The notes under the pieces are model-generated. The model made no database searches. It was not told the DNA's origin and saw only the letters and a program-made list of their open reading frames with translations. The position numbers and the translations under genes are program-made. From NCBI GenBank assembly GCA_031459875.1, contig JAVKHQ010000034.1, positions 1 to 28,286 of the forward strand: a stretch of DNA of 28,286 bases, read 5' to 3'. Shown here piece after piece: positions 7,215 through 15,685 of this stretch. Position 1 is the stretch's first letter. Every line of letters begins with the position of its first letter. This DNA is from Candidatus Fervidifonticultor sextus. Its GTDB lineage: Bacteria > Sysuimicrobiota > Sysuimicrobiia > Sysuimicrobiales > Humicultoraceae.

Positions 7215-7892
7215 ATGCCGCCATCCTATGCCGCCGTCATCGCGGGACTCTTCTCCCTCGCCGGGTTCCTCCCGCTCGCCTGGCCGACCCTCCGCCGGCC
7301 AGGGGTCTGGTTGTGTCTGGTGGCCGGCGCCGCGGTCAGTCCCATCGCCCGCGAAGCCGCGCAGATAGCCTGGGACTGGGCAGGCCCCTATGTCGGTCAG
7401 GTCAACACCCCTGGCGGCGCCGCGGCCTACCTGCTGATCGTCGCCGCCGTGGGCGAACTGGTGAAGGTGACCGCGCCGCTGCTGGCCATCATCGCCCGCC
7501 CGGCCGATGCGCTCGTTGGCCTGGCGTACGGCGCCGCCGCCGGCGCCGGATTCGCATTCGTCTCGGCCCAGCCGGTGCTCGCCAGCGCGCTGCAGATGGT
7601 CGGATCGCCGTACGTCACCACCGTCTCCAGCACGGCTGCCGTCGTCGGGTGGCTGTTCCCGATCCTGGCGCACGTCAGCACGACGGCCTATCTGGCCCGC
7701 GCGGGCACGAGCGGCGGGTTCGGCGTGGCCTTCCTCTTTGTCTGGGCGCTGCAGTTCGTCCTGGGCTTCGCCCAGCAGCACCTCCCGGTGTGGGCCGGCA
7801 TCCCCGCCGGCTTGGTGGTCACCATGGTCGCCTCCCTGTGGCTGTTCGGGTTCCTCTGGGCGGCGCGCGTCCGAGCAGGACGGGCGTGGTGA
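7215..7892 (+). CDS. PrsW/YhfC-like intramembrane protease homologue with degenerate catalytic motifs
   Basis: About 7 TM segments; AAVGELVK (EExxK position), GLAYGAAAGAGFAFVSA (GxGFAxxEN position), LAHVSTTA (His motif). Confidence 0.65.
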   Translation: MPPSYAAVIAGLFSLAGFLPLAWPTLRRPGVWLCLVAGAAVSPIAREAAQIAWDWAGPYVGQVNTPGGAAAYLLIVAAVGELVKVTAPLLAIIARPADALVGLAYGAAAGAGFAFVSAQPVLASALQMVGSPYVTTVSSTAAVVGWLFPILAHVSTTAYLARAGTSGGFGVAFLFVWALQFVLGFAQQHLPVWAGIPAGLVVTMVASLWLFGFLWAARVRAGRAW

Positions 7893-8725
7893 GGGCCGTG
7901 GGCGCGAGGGCGGTGGCGGTAGAGCCGCTGGAGGCGGGCTGGTCCTTGCTGCGGGCGTTCTTCAGCGAAGGGCACCCGGCACTCGAGCGCGCGCTCGAGG
8001 CGCTGCGGGCGGCCGAGGGTCGCGTGCGCGCGTCAGGCGACCCCGCGCGGCTGACCCTCTGGCTGCTCGGGATCTCGACGGCGCTCAGGTACACGCGCCG
8101 GCCCGAGCCGATGGAGACCGCACTGGAACGCGCCCGCGAGCTGGTCAACGTAGTCGCCCGGGCGCAGGGGGACGCGGCGACCATTCCCTACCGCACCCTG
8201 GTGGAAGCGACCTATCGGGATCTGGCCGACGTCGTGCCGGCCCGGGCGGACGCCGCGCTGGCTGCGGGCCTCGCGTTCTCTGACCGGACGATGCGCCTGG
8301 CGCGCCGGATCCGCCGGGACGAGTATCTGGCCGCCGCCTCCGCCAGCCGCGGCGACCTGATCGTCCGCCATGACCCCGGAGATCGCCGGGCGGTACGCCG
8401 GGCCGTCGCGCTCCACGAGGAGGCGCGGCGGCGCTGGCCCCCCCGCGATCCTTGCGGCCGCGCCGTGGCCGGGGTCGGATACGCTGGCGCGTTGCTGGCC
8501 GCCCGCGAGGCCGCCAGGGCCGAACTGGTCGCGCGCGACGCCCTGGCCGTCTTCCGGCAGCAGGGCGACCGCTACCACGAGGCCGCCGCCCACCTGGTGC
8601 TGGCGCGGGCGCTCTTGAGACAGGATCGTCCCGAGGCCCTGGACGAGCAGGCCGCGGCAGCAGACCTCTTCCGCGCCCTGGGCTGCCGATGGGAACTGCG
8701 GCGGGCCGAGGGGGCGCTGGGATGA
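7889..8725 (+). CDS. Hypothetical alpha-helical, TPR-like repeat protein
   Basis: GTG overlapping the upstream stop (alternatives 7886, 7913); Ala/Leu/Arg helical repeats (ARDALAVFRQQGDRYHEAAAHLVLARAL, AAADLFRALG); stop overlaps ccmH (ATGA). Confidence 0.7.
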   Translation: MRAVGARAVAVEPLEAGWSLLRAFFSEGHPALERALEALRAAEGRVRASGDPARLTLWLLGISTALRYTRRPEPMETALERARELVNVVARAQGDAATIPYRTLVEATYRDLADVVPARADAALAAGLAFSDRTMRLARRIRRDEYLAAASASRGDLIVRHDPGDRRAVRRAVALHEEARRRWPPRDPCGRAVAGVGYAGALLAAREAARAELVARDALAVFRQQGDRYHEAAAHLVLARALLRQDRPEALDEQAAAADLFRALGCRWELRRAEGALG

Positions 8726-9213
8726 CCGCGGCGCGACCCGGTGCGGTGGCGCGCGGCGCGATCGCCGCCGCCGTCTGCCTCTCCGCGGCGCTCCTGGCGC
8801 TTTGGGCTGCGGTGGAGACCGGGCTCGCCGCGCCCACCCTGGAGGATCAGGTCCACAGCATCGCCCGGGACCTGATGTGCCCCGTCTGCGCCGGCCAGAC
8901 GGTCGCCGAGTCCAACAGCCAACTCGCCGAGCAGATGCGCCAGATCATCCGCGAACGACTCCAGGCCGGCCAGACCCGCGAGGAGATCGTGGCGTACTTC
9001 GTGGCGCAGTTCGGGGAGGGCGTGCTGGCCGCGCCACCGCTACGGGGCAGCGGCCTGGTGCTGTGGCTCTCCCTGCCCGCGGCGCTGATCCTCGGCATCC
9101 TCATCCTCCGGCGATTCCTGCGCACCCAGAAGACGGCGCCCCGCCCGACGCCCCCGCCCCCCAGCCCCGACGAGGTCCAGGAGATCGAGCAGGCGCTGCG
9201 CAGGCTGGACTGA
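8722..9213 (+). CDS. ccmH: Cytochrome c-type biogenesis protein CcmH (CycL/NrfF family)
   Basis: N-terminal hydrophobic segment; LMCPVCAGQTVAESNSQLAEQMR (LRCxxC motif); YFVAQFGEGVLAAPP followed by a TM helix. Confidence 0.92.
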   Translation: MTAARPGAVARGAIAAAVCLSAALLALWAAVETGLAAPTLEDQVHSIARDLMCPVCAGQTVAESNSQLAEQMRQIIRERLQAGQTREEIVAYFVAQFGEGVLAAPPLRGSGLVLWLSLPAALILGILILRRFLRTQKTAPRPTPPPPSPDEVQEIEQALRRLD

Positions 9214-9221
9214 TCCCGCCG

Positions 9222-9953
9222 ATGCGCATCGGGGTCGTCTCCGACATCCACGCCAATCTGGAGGCCCTCGATGCCGTGCTGGCGCACCTGGACCGCGACC
9301 CCCCGGACGCGCTGGTCTGTCTGGGCGACTTCGTGGGCTATGGGCCAGATCCCAACGCGTGCATCGAGCGGGTGAGCCCGCGCCTGCGCACCGCCGTGCT
9401 CGGGAACCACGACCAGGCGGCCCTCGGCGGACGTCCCATCGACGACTTCAACATCTTCGCCCAGGCCGCCATCCTGTGGACCCAGCAGGCGCTCGCGCCG
9501 GCGTCCCGCGCCTTTCTCGCCGGCCTGCCCCCGCGCCAGGACCTGGAAGGCCTTCTGCTCGTCCACGGGAGCCCGCGTCAGCCGGTAGACGAGTACATCC
9601 TGGATCCCCGGACGGCCCGCGCCAGCTTCGCAGCCGACCAGTTCCGCATCGCCCTGGTCGGGCACACGCACCAGCCCGCGGTCTTCGTGGAGTCGAAGCA
9701 CCGGGTGAGCGCCCAGGGCCTGCTCGCTGAGGTGCCGATGGCGTTGCGGCCCGACCGCCGCTACATCCTCAATGTGGGCAGCGTGGGCCAGCCCCGCGAT
9801 GGCGATCCCCGGGCCGCGTACCTGGTGCTCGACACCGACGCGCAGACGGCGACGCTGCATCGGGTCCCCTACCCGATCGGAGAGACCCAGAGGAAGATGG
9901 AAGCGGCGGGCCTGCCCGCTTCGCTCATCGAGCGGCTGGCGTGGGGACGGTAG
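9222..9953 (+). CDS. Metallophosphoesterase family protein (calcineurin-like, YfcE/MJ0912 type)
   Basis: SDIHAN, LGDFVGYG, GNHD, HGSP, GHTH and NVGSVGQPRDGDPRA motifs all present. Confidence 0.95.
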   Translation: MRIGVVSDIHANLEALDAVLAHLDRDPPDALVCLGDFVGYGPDPNACIERVSPRLRTAVLGNHDQAALGGRPIDDFNIFAQAAILWTQQALAPASRAFLAGLPPRQDLEGLLLVHGSPRQPVDEYILDPRTARASFAADQFRIALVGHTHQPAVFVESKHRVSAQGLLAEVPMALRPDRRYILNVGSVGQPRDGDPRAAYLVLDTDAQTATLHRVPYPIGETQRKMEAAGLPASLIERLAWGR

Positions 9954-10058
9954 GCCGAGTCCCTATCGGGAGCCATGGCGGCGATCGAACGAGGAAGGGG
10001 ATATGGTAGTGCCCAAGACCGGCCGTTTCTTTGGCATGATTATCGCGATGGAGGCTGC

Positions 10059-12191
10059 ATGAGCACGCGACGGATGACCATCGAGGATCTGCTCTCGTTC
10101 CGCTGGATCACCCACGTGGCGACCTCGCCCGACGGCCGCACCGTCGTCTACGCCCAGGAGGTCATCGAGGACCTCCCCCGCGCCGACGGTCCGCCGACGC
10201 CAGGATATCGGTCGGCGCTGTGGCTGGTGGACGTTGCGGGCGGGACGCCCCGGCAGTTCACGGGCGGCGAGGCGCGCGACCAGTCTCCGGTCTGGTCTCC
10301 CGACGGGACGCGCATCCTCTTCGTCTCAGACCGCGGGGCCGCGCCCTCCGACCGCAGGCCGCCGAAGCACCTGTGGGTCATTCCCGTCGGCGGCGGGGAG
10401 GCGCGGCGGATCACGCAGGGCGAACACGGCCCCGCCGACGCCGTCTGGTCGCCGCAGGGAACCCAGATCGCCTTCGCCGGCAAGCCCCTGCTGGCCGGGA
10501 AGCCCGCAAGCGACGTGCGGATCATCACCCGCATGAAGCACAAGTTCGACGGCGAGGGGTTCTGGGACGGGCGCTACAAGCACATCTTCGTCGTCCCGTC
10601 CGAGGGGGGACCGGCAGAGCAGGTCACTGCCGGGGACTTCGATCACCGGGAGCCGGCGTGGAGTCCCGACGGGACGCAACTGGCGCTGGTGGCGAACCGT
10701 AACGACGACGCCGACTACACCAACGTGGCCGACATCTGGGTCCTCACCCTGGCCGGCAGGGACTTGCGGCGGCTCACCGGTGGGGTTGGACCGGTCTTCG
10801 CGCCGGCCTGGTCGCCCGACGGGTCGATGATCGCGTACCTGGGCCATGAGAACGCCTGCATGCAGGCGTCCAACGTGATGCTCTGGGTGGTTCCCGCCGA
10901 CGGGAGCGGGCCGCCCCGGTGCCTGACCCGCCACTTCGACCGCTCGCTGGTCCACCACATCATCTCGGACATGCGCGCCCATCCCACCGCGGGGCGCCCG
11001 GTGTGGTCGCCTGACGGCCGGTTCGTCTTCGTGATGGTGGCCGACGGCGGGACGACGCAGCTGGCGGCGGTGGACGTGGCGACGGGCACGGTGCGGCTGT
11101 TGACGTCGGGCCGGCGCGAGATCTATGCCGAATCCTACGACGCTGCCCGCCGACGCGTGGCGATGGCGATCTCGGATCCGGCCACGCCCGGCGATCTCTG
11201 GGTGGGAGAGGTGGAGGGGCTCGACGAGGGCCATCCCGTGATCGTCACGGAGCGCCGCCTCACCGCGGTGAACCAGGCCCTCCTCGACGAGGTGGAACTG
11301 GCTAGGCCCCAGCGGTTCGCCTACCCCGGCGCCGACGACTGGACCATCGAGGGGTGGGTGATTCCGCCGGCGGGCTACGACCCCCGCCGGCGCTACCCGA
11401 CGATCCTGGCCATTCACGGCGGACCGCACGCGGCCTACGGGGAGACGTTCTTTCACGAGTTCCAGGTGCTGGCCGCGCTGGGGTACGCGGTGGTGCTCAC
11501 CAACCCGCGCGGCAGCCAGGGCTACGGGCAGACGTTCACTGCGGCCACGCACCACGACTGGGGCGGCAAGGACTTCGCCGACATCATGGCCGGGCTGGAC
11601 GCCGCGCTGGCCCGGTTTCCCTTCCTGGACCCCGACCGCCTGGGCGTAGAGGGCGGCTCGTACGGCGGCTACATGACCACCTGGGCCATCGGGCACACGC
11701 AGCGCTTCAAGGCTGCCGTCACGATGCGGAGCATCGCCAACTGCCTGAGCCAGTGGGGGACGAGCGACCTGGCGTACTTCAAGGGCTACTGGGAGTTCCC
11801 GGGCGACCCGTGGGACGCCCCGGAGTTCTACTGGGAGAGGTCCCCGCTGGCCTACGTGAACCAGATCACGACGCCACTGCTGATTCTCCACAGCGAGAAC
11901 GACCTGCGCTGTCCCATCAGCGAAGGCGAGCAGCTCTTTGCCGCGTTGAAGAAGCAGGGCAAGGAGGTGGTCTTCGCGCGCTTCCCCGATGAGGGCCACG
12001 AGCTCTCGCGCAGCGGGAAGCCGCAGCACCGCATCGAGCGGTTGCGGCTGATCGTGCAGTGGTTTGCCAGCCACATCCCGCCCGTGCCTGCGGCAGGGCG
12101 GCAGGAAGGCGCGCTGGCCGCCGCTTTCGGGGCCGGCGAGGCGGACGGCGGAGCGGAGGGCGATGCCGAAGATCTACACCAGGACCGGTGA
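10059..12191 (+). CDS. S9 family peptidase (acylaminoacyl/dipeptidyl aminopeptidase; PD40 beta-propeller plus alpha/beta hydrolase)
   Basis: GGAGG SD; repeated WSPDG; IHGGPH, NPRGSQGYG, GGSYGG (Ser), ENDLRC (Asp), EGHELSR (His). Confidence 0.95.
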   Translation: MSTRRMTIEDLLSFRWITHVATSPDGRTVVYAQEVIEDLPRADGPPTPGYRSALWLVDVAGGTPRQFTGGEARDQSPVWSPDGTRILFVSDRGAAPSDRRPPKHLWVIPVGGGEARRITQGEHGPADAVWSPQGTQIAFAGKPLLAGKPASDVRIITRMKHKFDGEGFWDGRYKHIFVVPSEGGPAEQVTAGDFDHREPAWSPDGTQLALVANRNDDADYTNVADIWVLTLAGRDLRRLTGGVGPVFAPAWSPDGSMIAYLGHENACMQASNVMLWVVPADGSGPPRCLTRHFDRSLVHHIISDMRAHPTAGRPVWSPDGRFVFVMVADGGTTQLAAVDVATGTVRLLTSGRREIYAESYDAARRRVAMAISDPATPGDLWVGEVEGLDEGHPVIVTERRLTAVNQALLDEVELARPQRFAYPGADDWTIEGWVIPPAGYDPRRRYPTILAIHGGPHAAYGETFFHEFQVLAALGYAVVLTNPRGSQGYGQTFTAATHHDWGGKDFADIMAGLDAALARFPFLDPDRLGVEGGSYGGYMTTWAIGHTQRFKAAVTMRSIANCLSQWGTSDLAYFKGYWEFPGDPWDAPEFYWERSPLAYVNQITTPLLILHSENDLRCPISEGEQLFAALKKQGKEVVFARFPDEGHELSRSGKPQHRIERLRLIVQWFASHIPPVPAAGRQEGALAAAFGAGEADGGAEGDAEDLHQDR

Positions 12192-12720
12192 CCGCGGCGA
12201 GACGGGCCTGTTCGGCGGCGGCCGGGTGCCCAAGGACGATCCTCGGGTAGAGGCCTACGGCGCGCTGGACGAGGCGAACAGCGCGCTGGGGCTGGTGGCC
12301 GCCCACCTCGACCCCGACCTGGCGGCGGTCGTGGGCGCCCTGCAACGGACGCTCTTCGAGGTCGGCGCCGAACTCGCCACGCCCCAGCCCGGCCGGGTTC
12401 CGGCCCTCGGTGCCGAGGCGGTCGCCTCGCTGGAAACCCTGATCGATGACTGGGAAGCCGACCTCGATCCGCTGCACGCCTTCATCCTGCCGGGCGGCTG
12501 CCGGGAGGCCGCCTTCTGCCATCTGGCGCGCGCCCTCGTGCGCCGCGCCGAGCGGCGAACGGTGACGCTGGCCCGCCAGCAGCCGGTCAACCCTGAGATC
12601 CTGCGCTACCTCAACCGGCTCTCCGACTTCCTGTTCGTCCTGGCCAGAGTGCTCAACCGCCGCGCGGGGGTGCGCGATGTGCCCTGGGAGGGCCGGCGGG
12701 GCGGCCCCGGGGGTTCGTGA
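12163..12720 (+). CDS. pduO: PduO-type ATP:cob(I)alamin adenosyltransferase
   Basis: MPKIYTRTGDRGETGL, RVEAYGALDEANS, FILPGG, RRAER, YLNRLSDFLFVLAR; GGAGG SD lies inside the upstream gene. Confidence 0.95.
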   Translation: MPKIYTRTGDRGETGLFGGGRVPKDDPRVEAYGALDEANSALGLVAAHLDPDLAAVVGALQRTLFEVGAELATPQPGRVPALGAEAVASLETLIDDWEADLDPLHAFILPGGCREAAFCHLARALVRRAERRTVTLARQQPVNPEILRYLNRLSDFLFVLARVLNRRAGVRDVPWEGRRGGPGGS

Positions 12721-12796
12721 ACCGCCCGGGCCCGGCACCGGGCACCGACTTCCTTTTCACCGCCCTGACCGCCGCGCCGGGTCTGCCGACGCCCCG

Positions 12797-13873
12797 CTAG
12801 CGCACCCGTCCCCGCGCCGCCACCGGCCAGACCACCTCGACCCTGTCCTGCCGCACGCCGACCAGGTGGTCGTGGAGGTTGGTCACCACGCAGGTATGGT
12901 TGGGGATGACCGAGACGATCTCACCGACTTCCGGCCGCGCGCGGCAGGCGCTGAGGTCTATGATGCCGTGCTCCTCGTTGAGCCGGGTGATCACGGCGTC
13001 CGGGTACTCGACGATGCGGCCGTGCCCGGTCTGGCCGGCAAGATCCGACGACAGGGTCTTGGAGCCCGCGTCGACGATGGCCCGCGTGGGCGTGGGCCGG
13101 CTGACGACCGTCGTGCGGATGCGCATGGCGCAGTCGTCCCATCCGGCGGCGCCCGCGGCAACGGTGGCGCGGTCATTGAACACGTAGGTCCCGGCGCGGT
13201 GCTCGGTGACCCCGGGCACCTCGTGGGCACGGAAATAGACAGGCGTCCCCCCGGTGGAGACCACCCGCGCGGACTGGCCGGCACGGTCGAGCTTGGCCAG
13301 CGCCGCCTCGAAGAACCGTCCGGTCTCGTCGGTAATCGGGTAGGTCATGAGGCCCTCGAAGTGCAGGCCCGGCAGGTCCGCGATCGCCCGGGCCAGCTCC
13401 ACGGCCTCGGCCGGTGTCTGCACGCCCGTCCGGCCCGTGCCGGTGTCGCACTCGACCAGGACCCGCAGCGGATCGCCCGCGTGCGCGAACGCCGACGAGA
13501 GCGCACGTGCCACGGTCAGGTTGTCGATGGCCGCCGCCAGTCGCGCGCCCGGCCTCGACGCCAGGTCGCGCAGGCGCTGGAGTTTCGCCTCGCCCAGGAC
13601 GTTGTAGGTCAGCAGGATGTCGCGGATCCCGGCGTCCAGCATGACCGCCACCTCGCCGAGCTTCTGGCAGGTGATGCCCACCGCGCCGGCGACGAGCTGC
13701 ATCCGGGCGATTTCGGGAATCTTGTGGGTCTTGATGTGGGGCCGGTTGGCGATGCCGTGGGCGTCGCAGTACCGCTGGAGGCGGCGGATGTTGGCCTCCA
13801 GGATGTCCAGATCCACGGTCACCACCGGGGTGTCACGGAGATCCGCCGCCGGCCGCGCCTCGGTCAGCGACAT
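12797..13873 (-). CDS. D-threonine aldolase / D-serine dehydratase-like PLP enzyme (fold type III)
   Basis: DTPVVTVDLD, RPHIKTHK (PLP Lys), TGRTG, STGGTP, EHRAGTYVFND, DAGSKTLSSD, NEEHG, PNHTC (metal-binding HxC). Confidence 0.9.
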   Translation of the reverse strand: MSLTEARPAADLRDTPVVTVDLDILEANIRRLQRYCDAHGIANRPHIKTHKIPEIARMQLVAGAVGITCQKLGEVAVMLDAGIRDILLTYNVLGEAKLQRLRDLASRPGARLAAAIDNLTVARALSSAFAHAGDPLRVLVECDTGTGRTGVQTPAEAVELARAIADLPGLHFEGLMTYPITDETGRFFEAALAKLDRAGQSARVVSTGGTPVYFRAHEVPGVTEHRAGTYVFNDRATVAAGAAGWDDCAMRIRTTVVSRPTPTRAIVDAGSKTLSSDLAGQTGHGRIVEYPDAVITRLNEEHGIIDLSACRARPEVGEIVSVIPNHTCVVTNLHDHLVGVRQDRVEVVWPVAARGRVR

Positions 13874-13907
13874 CGGCTCACACCTGGCGGTGCCGGAACC
13901 GCCCACA

Positions 13908-14489
13908 TCACCGCCTCCTGCGACGGACCCAGGCGGCCTCCACGATGGCGCAGATCGCGTGGCCAATGGCGATGTGGGCCTCCTGGATCCTGGCCGTGTG
14001 GGTGGAGGGGACGCGGATCGCCACATCGGCCAGGCGCGCCAGCGCGCCGCCGTCGCGCCCGGTCAGGACGATCACCCGCGCCCCGGCACGCCTGGCGGCC
14101 CGGACCCCTTCGATGACATTGGCGGAGCGGCCGCTGGTCGAGAGGGCGATCACCACGTCGCCCGCCCCGACCAGCGCCTCCACCTGCCGGGCGAAGACCC
14201 GGTCGAACCCGTAATCGTTGCCGAGGGCGGTGAGCACCGCGGTGTCCGCCGTGAGCGCCACGGCGGGCCATGGGGCCCGCTCCCGGCCGAACCGGCCGAC
14301 GAGGTCGGCGGCCAGGTGCTGGGCGTCGGCGGCTGAGCCGCCGTTCCCGAACAGGACGGCCTTCCGACCCCGGCGGAGAGCGTCGAGGATGAGGCGCGAG
14401 GCGTCGGCGACGGCGTTCGGCGCGCGCTCCAGGCATTCTTGCAGCGCCGCGGTGCTCTCGCGCAGTGAGCGCTGCGCCTGCTCCACCAT
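13908..14489 (-). CDS. gmhA: D-sedoheptulose-7-phosphate isomerase (SIS domain)
   Basis: GNGGSAADAQH, TALGNDYGFDRVFARQV, LSTSGRSANV, TARIQEAH...GH; start 14489 (alternative 14519). Confidence 0.9.
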   Translation of the reverse strand: MVEQAQRSLRESTAALQECLERAPNAVADASRLILDALRRGRKAVLFGNGGSAADAQHLAADLVGRFGRERAPWPAVALTADTAVLTALGNDYGFDRVFARQVEALVGAGDVVIALSTSGRSANVIEGVRAARRAGARVIVLTGRDGGALARLADVAIRVPSTHTARIQEAHIAIGHAICAIVEAAWVRRRRR

Positions 14490-14529
14490 GGCCGGCTCTC
14501 GCCGGCTCCTCGTGGCCACGCCAGGGGGA

Positions 14530-14556
14530 ATTCGATGCGACCGGAGGGCTTCCTAT
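14530..14556 (-). promoter_or_regulatory. SigH-like promoter (ATAGGA-N17-GAAT) facing gmhA
   Basis: Minus strand reads ATAGGA agccctccggtcgcatc GAAT, ending 40 nt before the gmhA ATG. Confidence 0.55.
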
Positions 14557-14590
14557 GTGGGGGATGCGCGCCGCCCGGATGGCGAACGGT

Positions 14591-14618
14591 GCAGGGTGCG
14601 GAGCCGGGAAAGGGGAAC
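14591..14618 (+). promoter_or_regulatory. SigH-like promoter (GCAGGG-N18-GAAC) facing the ABC operon
   Basis: GCAGGG tgcggagccgggaaaggg GAAC, ending 32 nt before ATG 14651. Confidence 0.45.
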
Positions 14619-14650
14619 CCAAGACAGAGGACGTCAAGGAGGGTGAGGCC

Positions 14651-15652
14651 ATGCCACGACGGATCGTGTGGATGCTCGTGATCTTCCTGCTCCTGCCAGG
14701 CGCCGCCCACGCGCAGGCGCCGACGCTCACGGTGTACTCCAGCGTGGACGAGGAGAACGCCCGCAAACTGCTGGGCGCCTTCAGCCGGGCGACCGGCATC
14801 GAGGTCCGGATGACCTTCCTGTCCACCGGCCCGGCGCTCGCCCGCATGGAAGCGGAACGCAACAACCCCCAGGCCGACGTCTGGTTCGGCGCGCCGAGTG
14901 AGAACCACGTGGACGCCAAGATCCGGGGGCTGACCCAGCCCTACAAGTCGCCGGCCGCTGCGGCGCTGGACGCCCGCTTCCGTGACCCCGACGGCTTCTG
15001 GACGAGTTTCTACATGAACCCGCTCGGCGTCGGTCTGAACACCAGGGTGCTGGCCGATCGGGGCATCAGGCGCCCGGCCTCCTGGCAGGACCTCCTGCAG
15101 CCCGGGCTGCGCGGCCTGATCCAGATGCCCAGCCCGCAGACCTCGGGCACCGCATACAACATGGTCGTGACCCTCGTCCAGATCATGGGCGAGGACCGGG
15201 CCTTTGCCTACATGAAGCAGCTCCATCCCAACATCCAGACCTACACCGCCAGCGGCACGGCACCCTCGCGCGCGGTGGCGTTCGGCGAGGTCGCGGTGGG
15301 CATTCAGTTCACGCCCGCGCTCTACCAGCTCTACTTCCGCGGATACCCCCTGCTGACGGTCTTCCCCAGAGAGGGCGTCGGCTTCGAGGCGCCCGCCATC
15401 TCCATCATCCGGGGGACCCGCCGGGAGGCCGAAGCGCGGCGCCTGGTGGACTGGTTCGTCTCGATCGAGGGCCAGAACGCGCTGGCCGAGCAGGAGACGT
15501 TCTTCTTCCCGGTGACCGACAAGGCCAAGCGCCAGGCCGGGCTGCCGTCGTTGCGGCTGATCCCGCTCATCAACTACGATGTGGACTTCGCGGGGAAGAA
15601 CCGCCAGCGCCTGGTCACCCGCTGGGTCAACGAGATCCTCGGCGGGCGGTGA
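14651..15652 (+). CDS. ABC transporter substrate-binding protein, AfuA/FbpA/PhnS-like cluster
   Basis: AAGGAGG SD; signal ending GAAHA|Q; LTVYSS, LSTG, AERNNPQADVWFG, PASWQDLL, PSPQTSGTAY, FPREGVGFE. Confidence 0.92.
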   Translation: MPRRIVWMLVIFLLLPGAAHAQAPTLTVYSSVDEENARKLLGAFSRATGIEVRMTFLSTGPALARMEAERNNPQADVWFGAPSENHVDAKIRGLTQPYKSPAAAALDARFRDPDGFWTSFYMNPLGVGLNTRVLADRGIRRPASWQDLLQPGLRGLIQMPSPQTSGTAYNMVVTLVQIMGEDRAFAYMKQLHPNIQTYTASGTAPSRAVAFGEVAVGIQFTPALYQLYFRGYPLLTVFPREGVGFEAPAISIIRGTRREAEARRLVDWFVSIEGQNALAEQETFFFPVTDKAKRQAGLPSLRLIPLINYDVDFAGKNRQRLVTRWVNEILGGR

Positions 15653-15685
15653 GGGCACGGTGGTACGGACGCCTTCGGCGTGCCC

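Noticed and set aside
7211..7888. N-terminal half of the 504-aa ORF 7211-8725
   Set aside because: Low-complexity Arg-rich alternative frame over the PrsW-like gene; the credible protein starts near 7889.
12721..12796. Terminator between convergent pduO and the PLP enzyme gene
   Set aside because: Only short stems (e.g. CCCGG-CA-CCGGG) and a T-run separated from them; too weak to call.
14490..14650. Possible riboswitch (cobalamin or other) in the gmhA/ABC intergenic region
   Set aside because: No B12 box or other conserved aptamer core recognised; the space is accounted for by two promoter motifs and two SD sequences.
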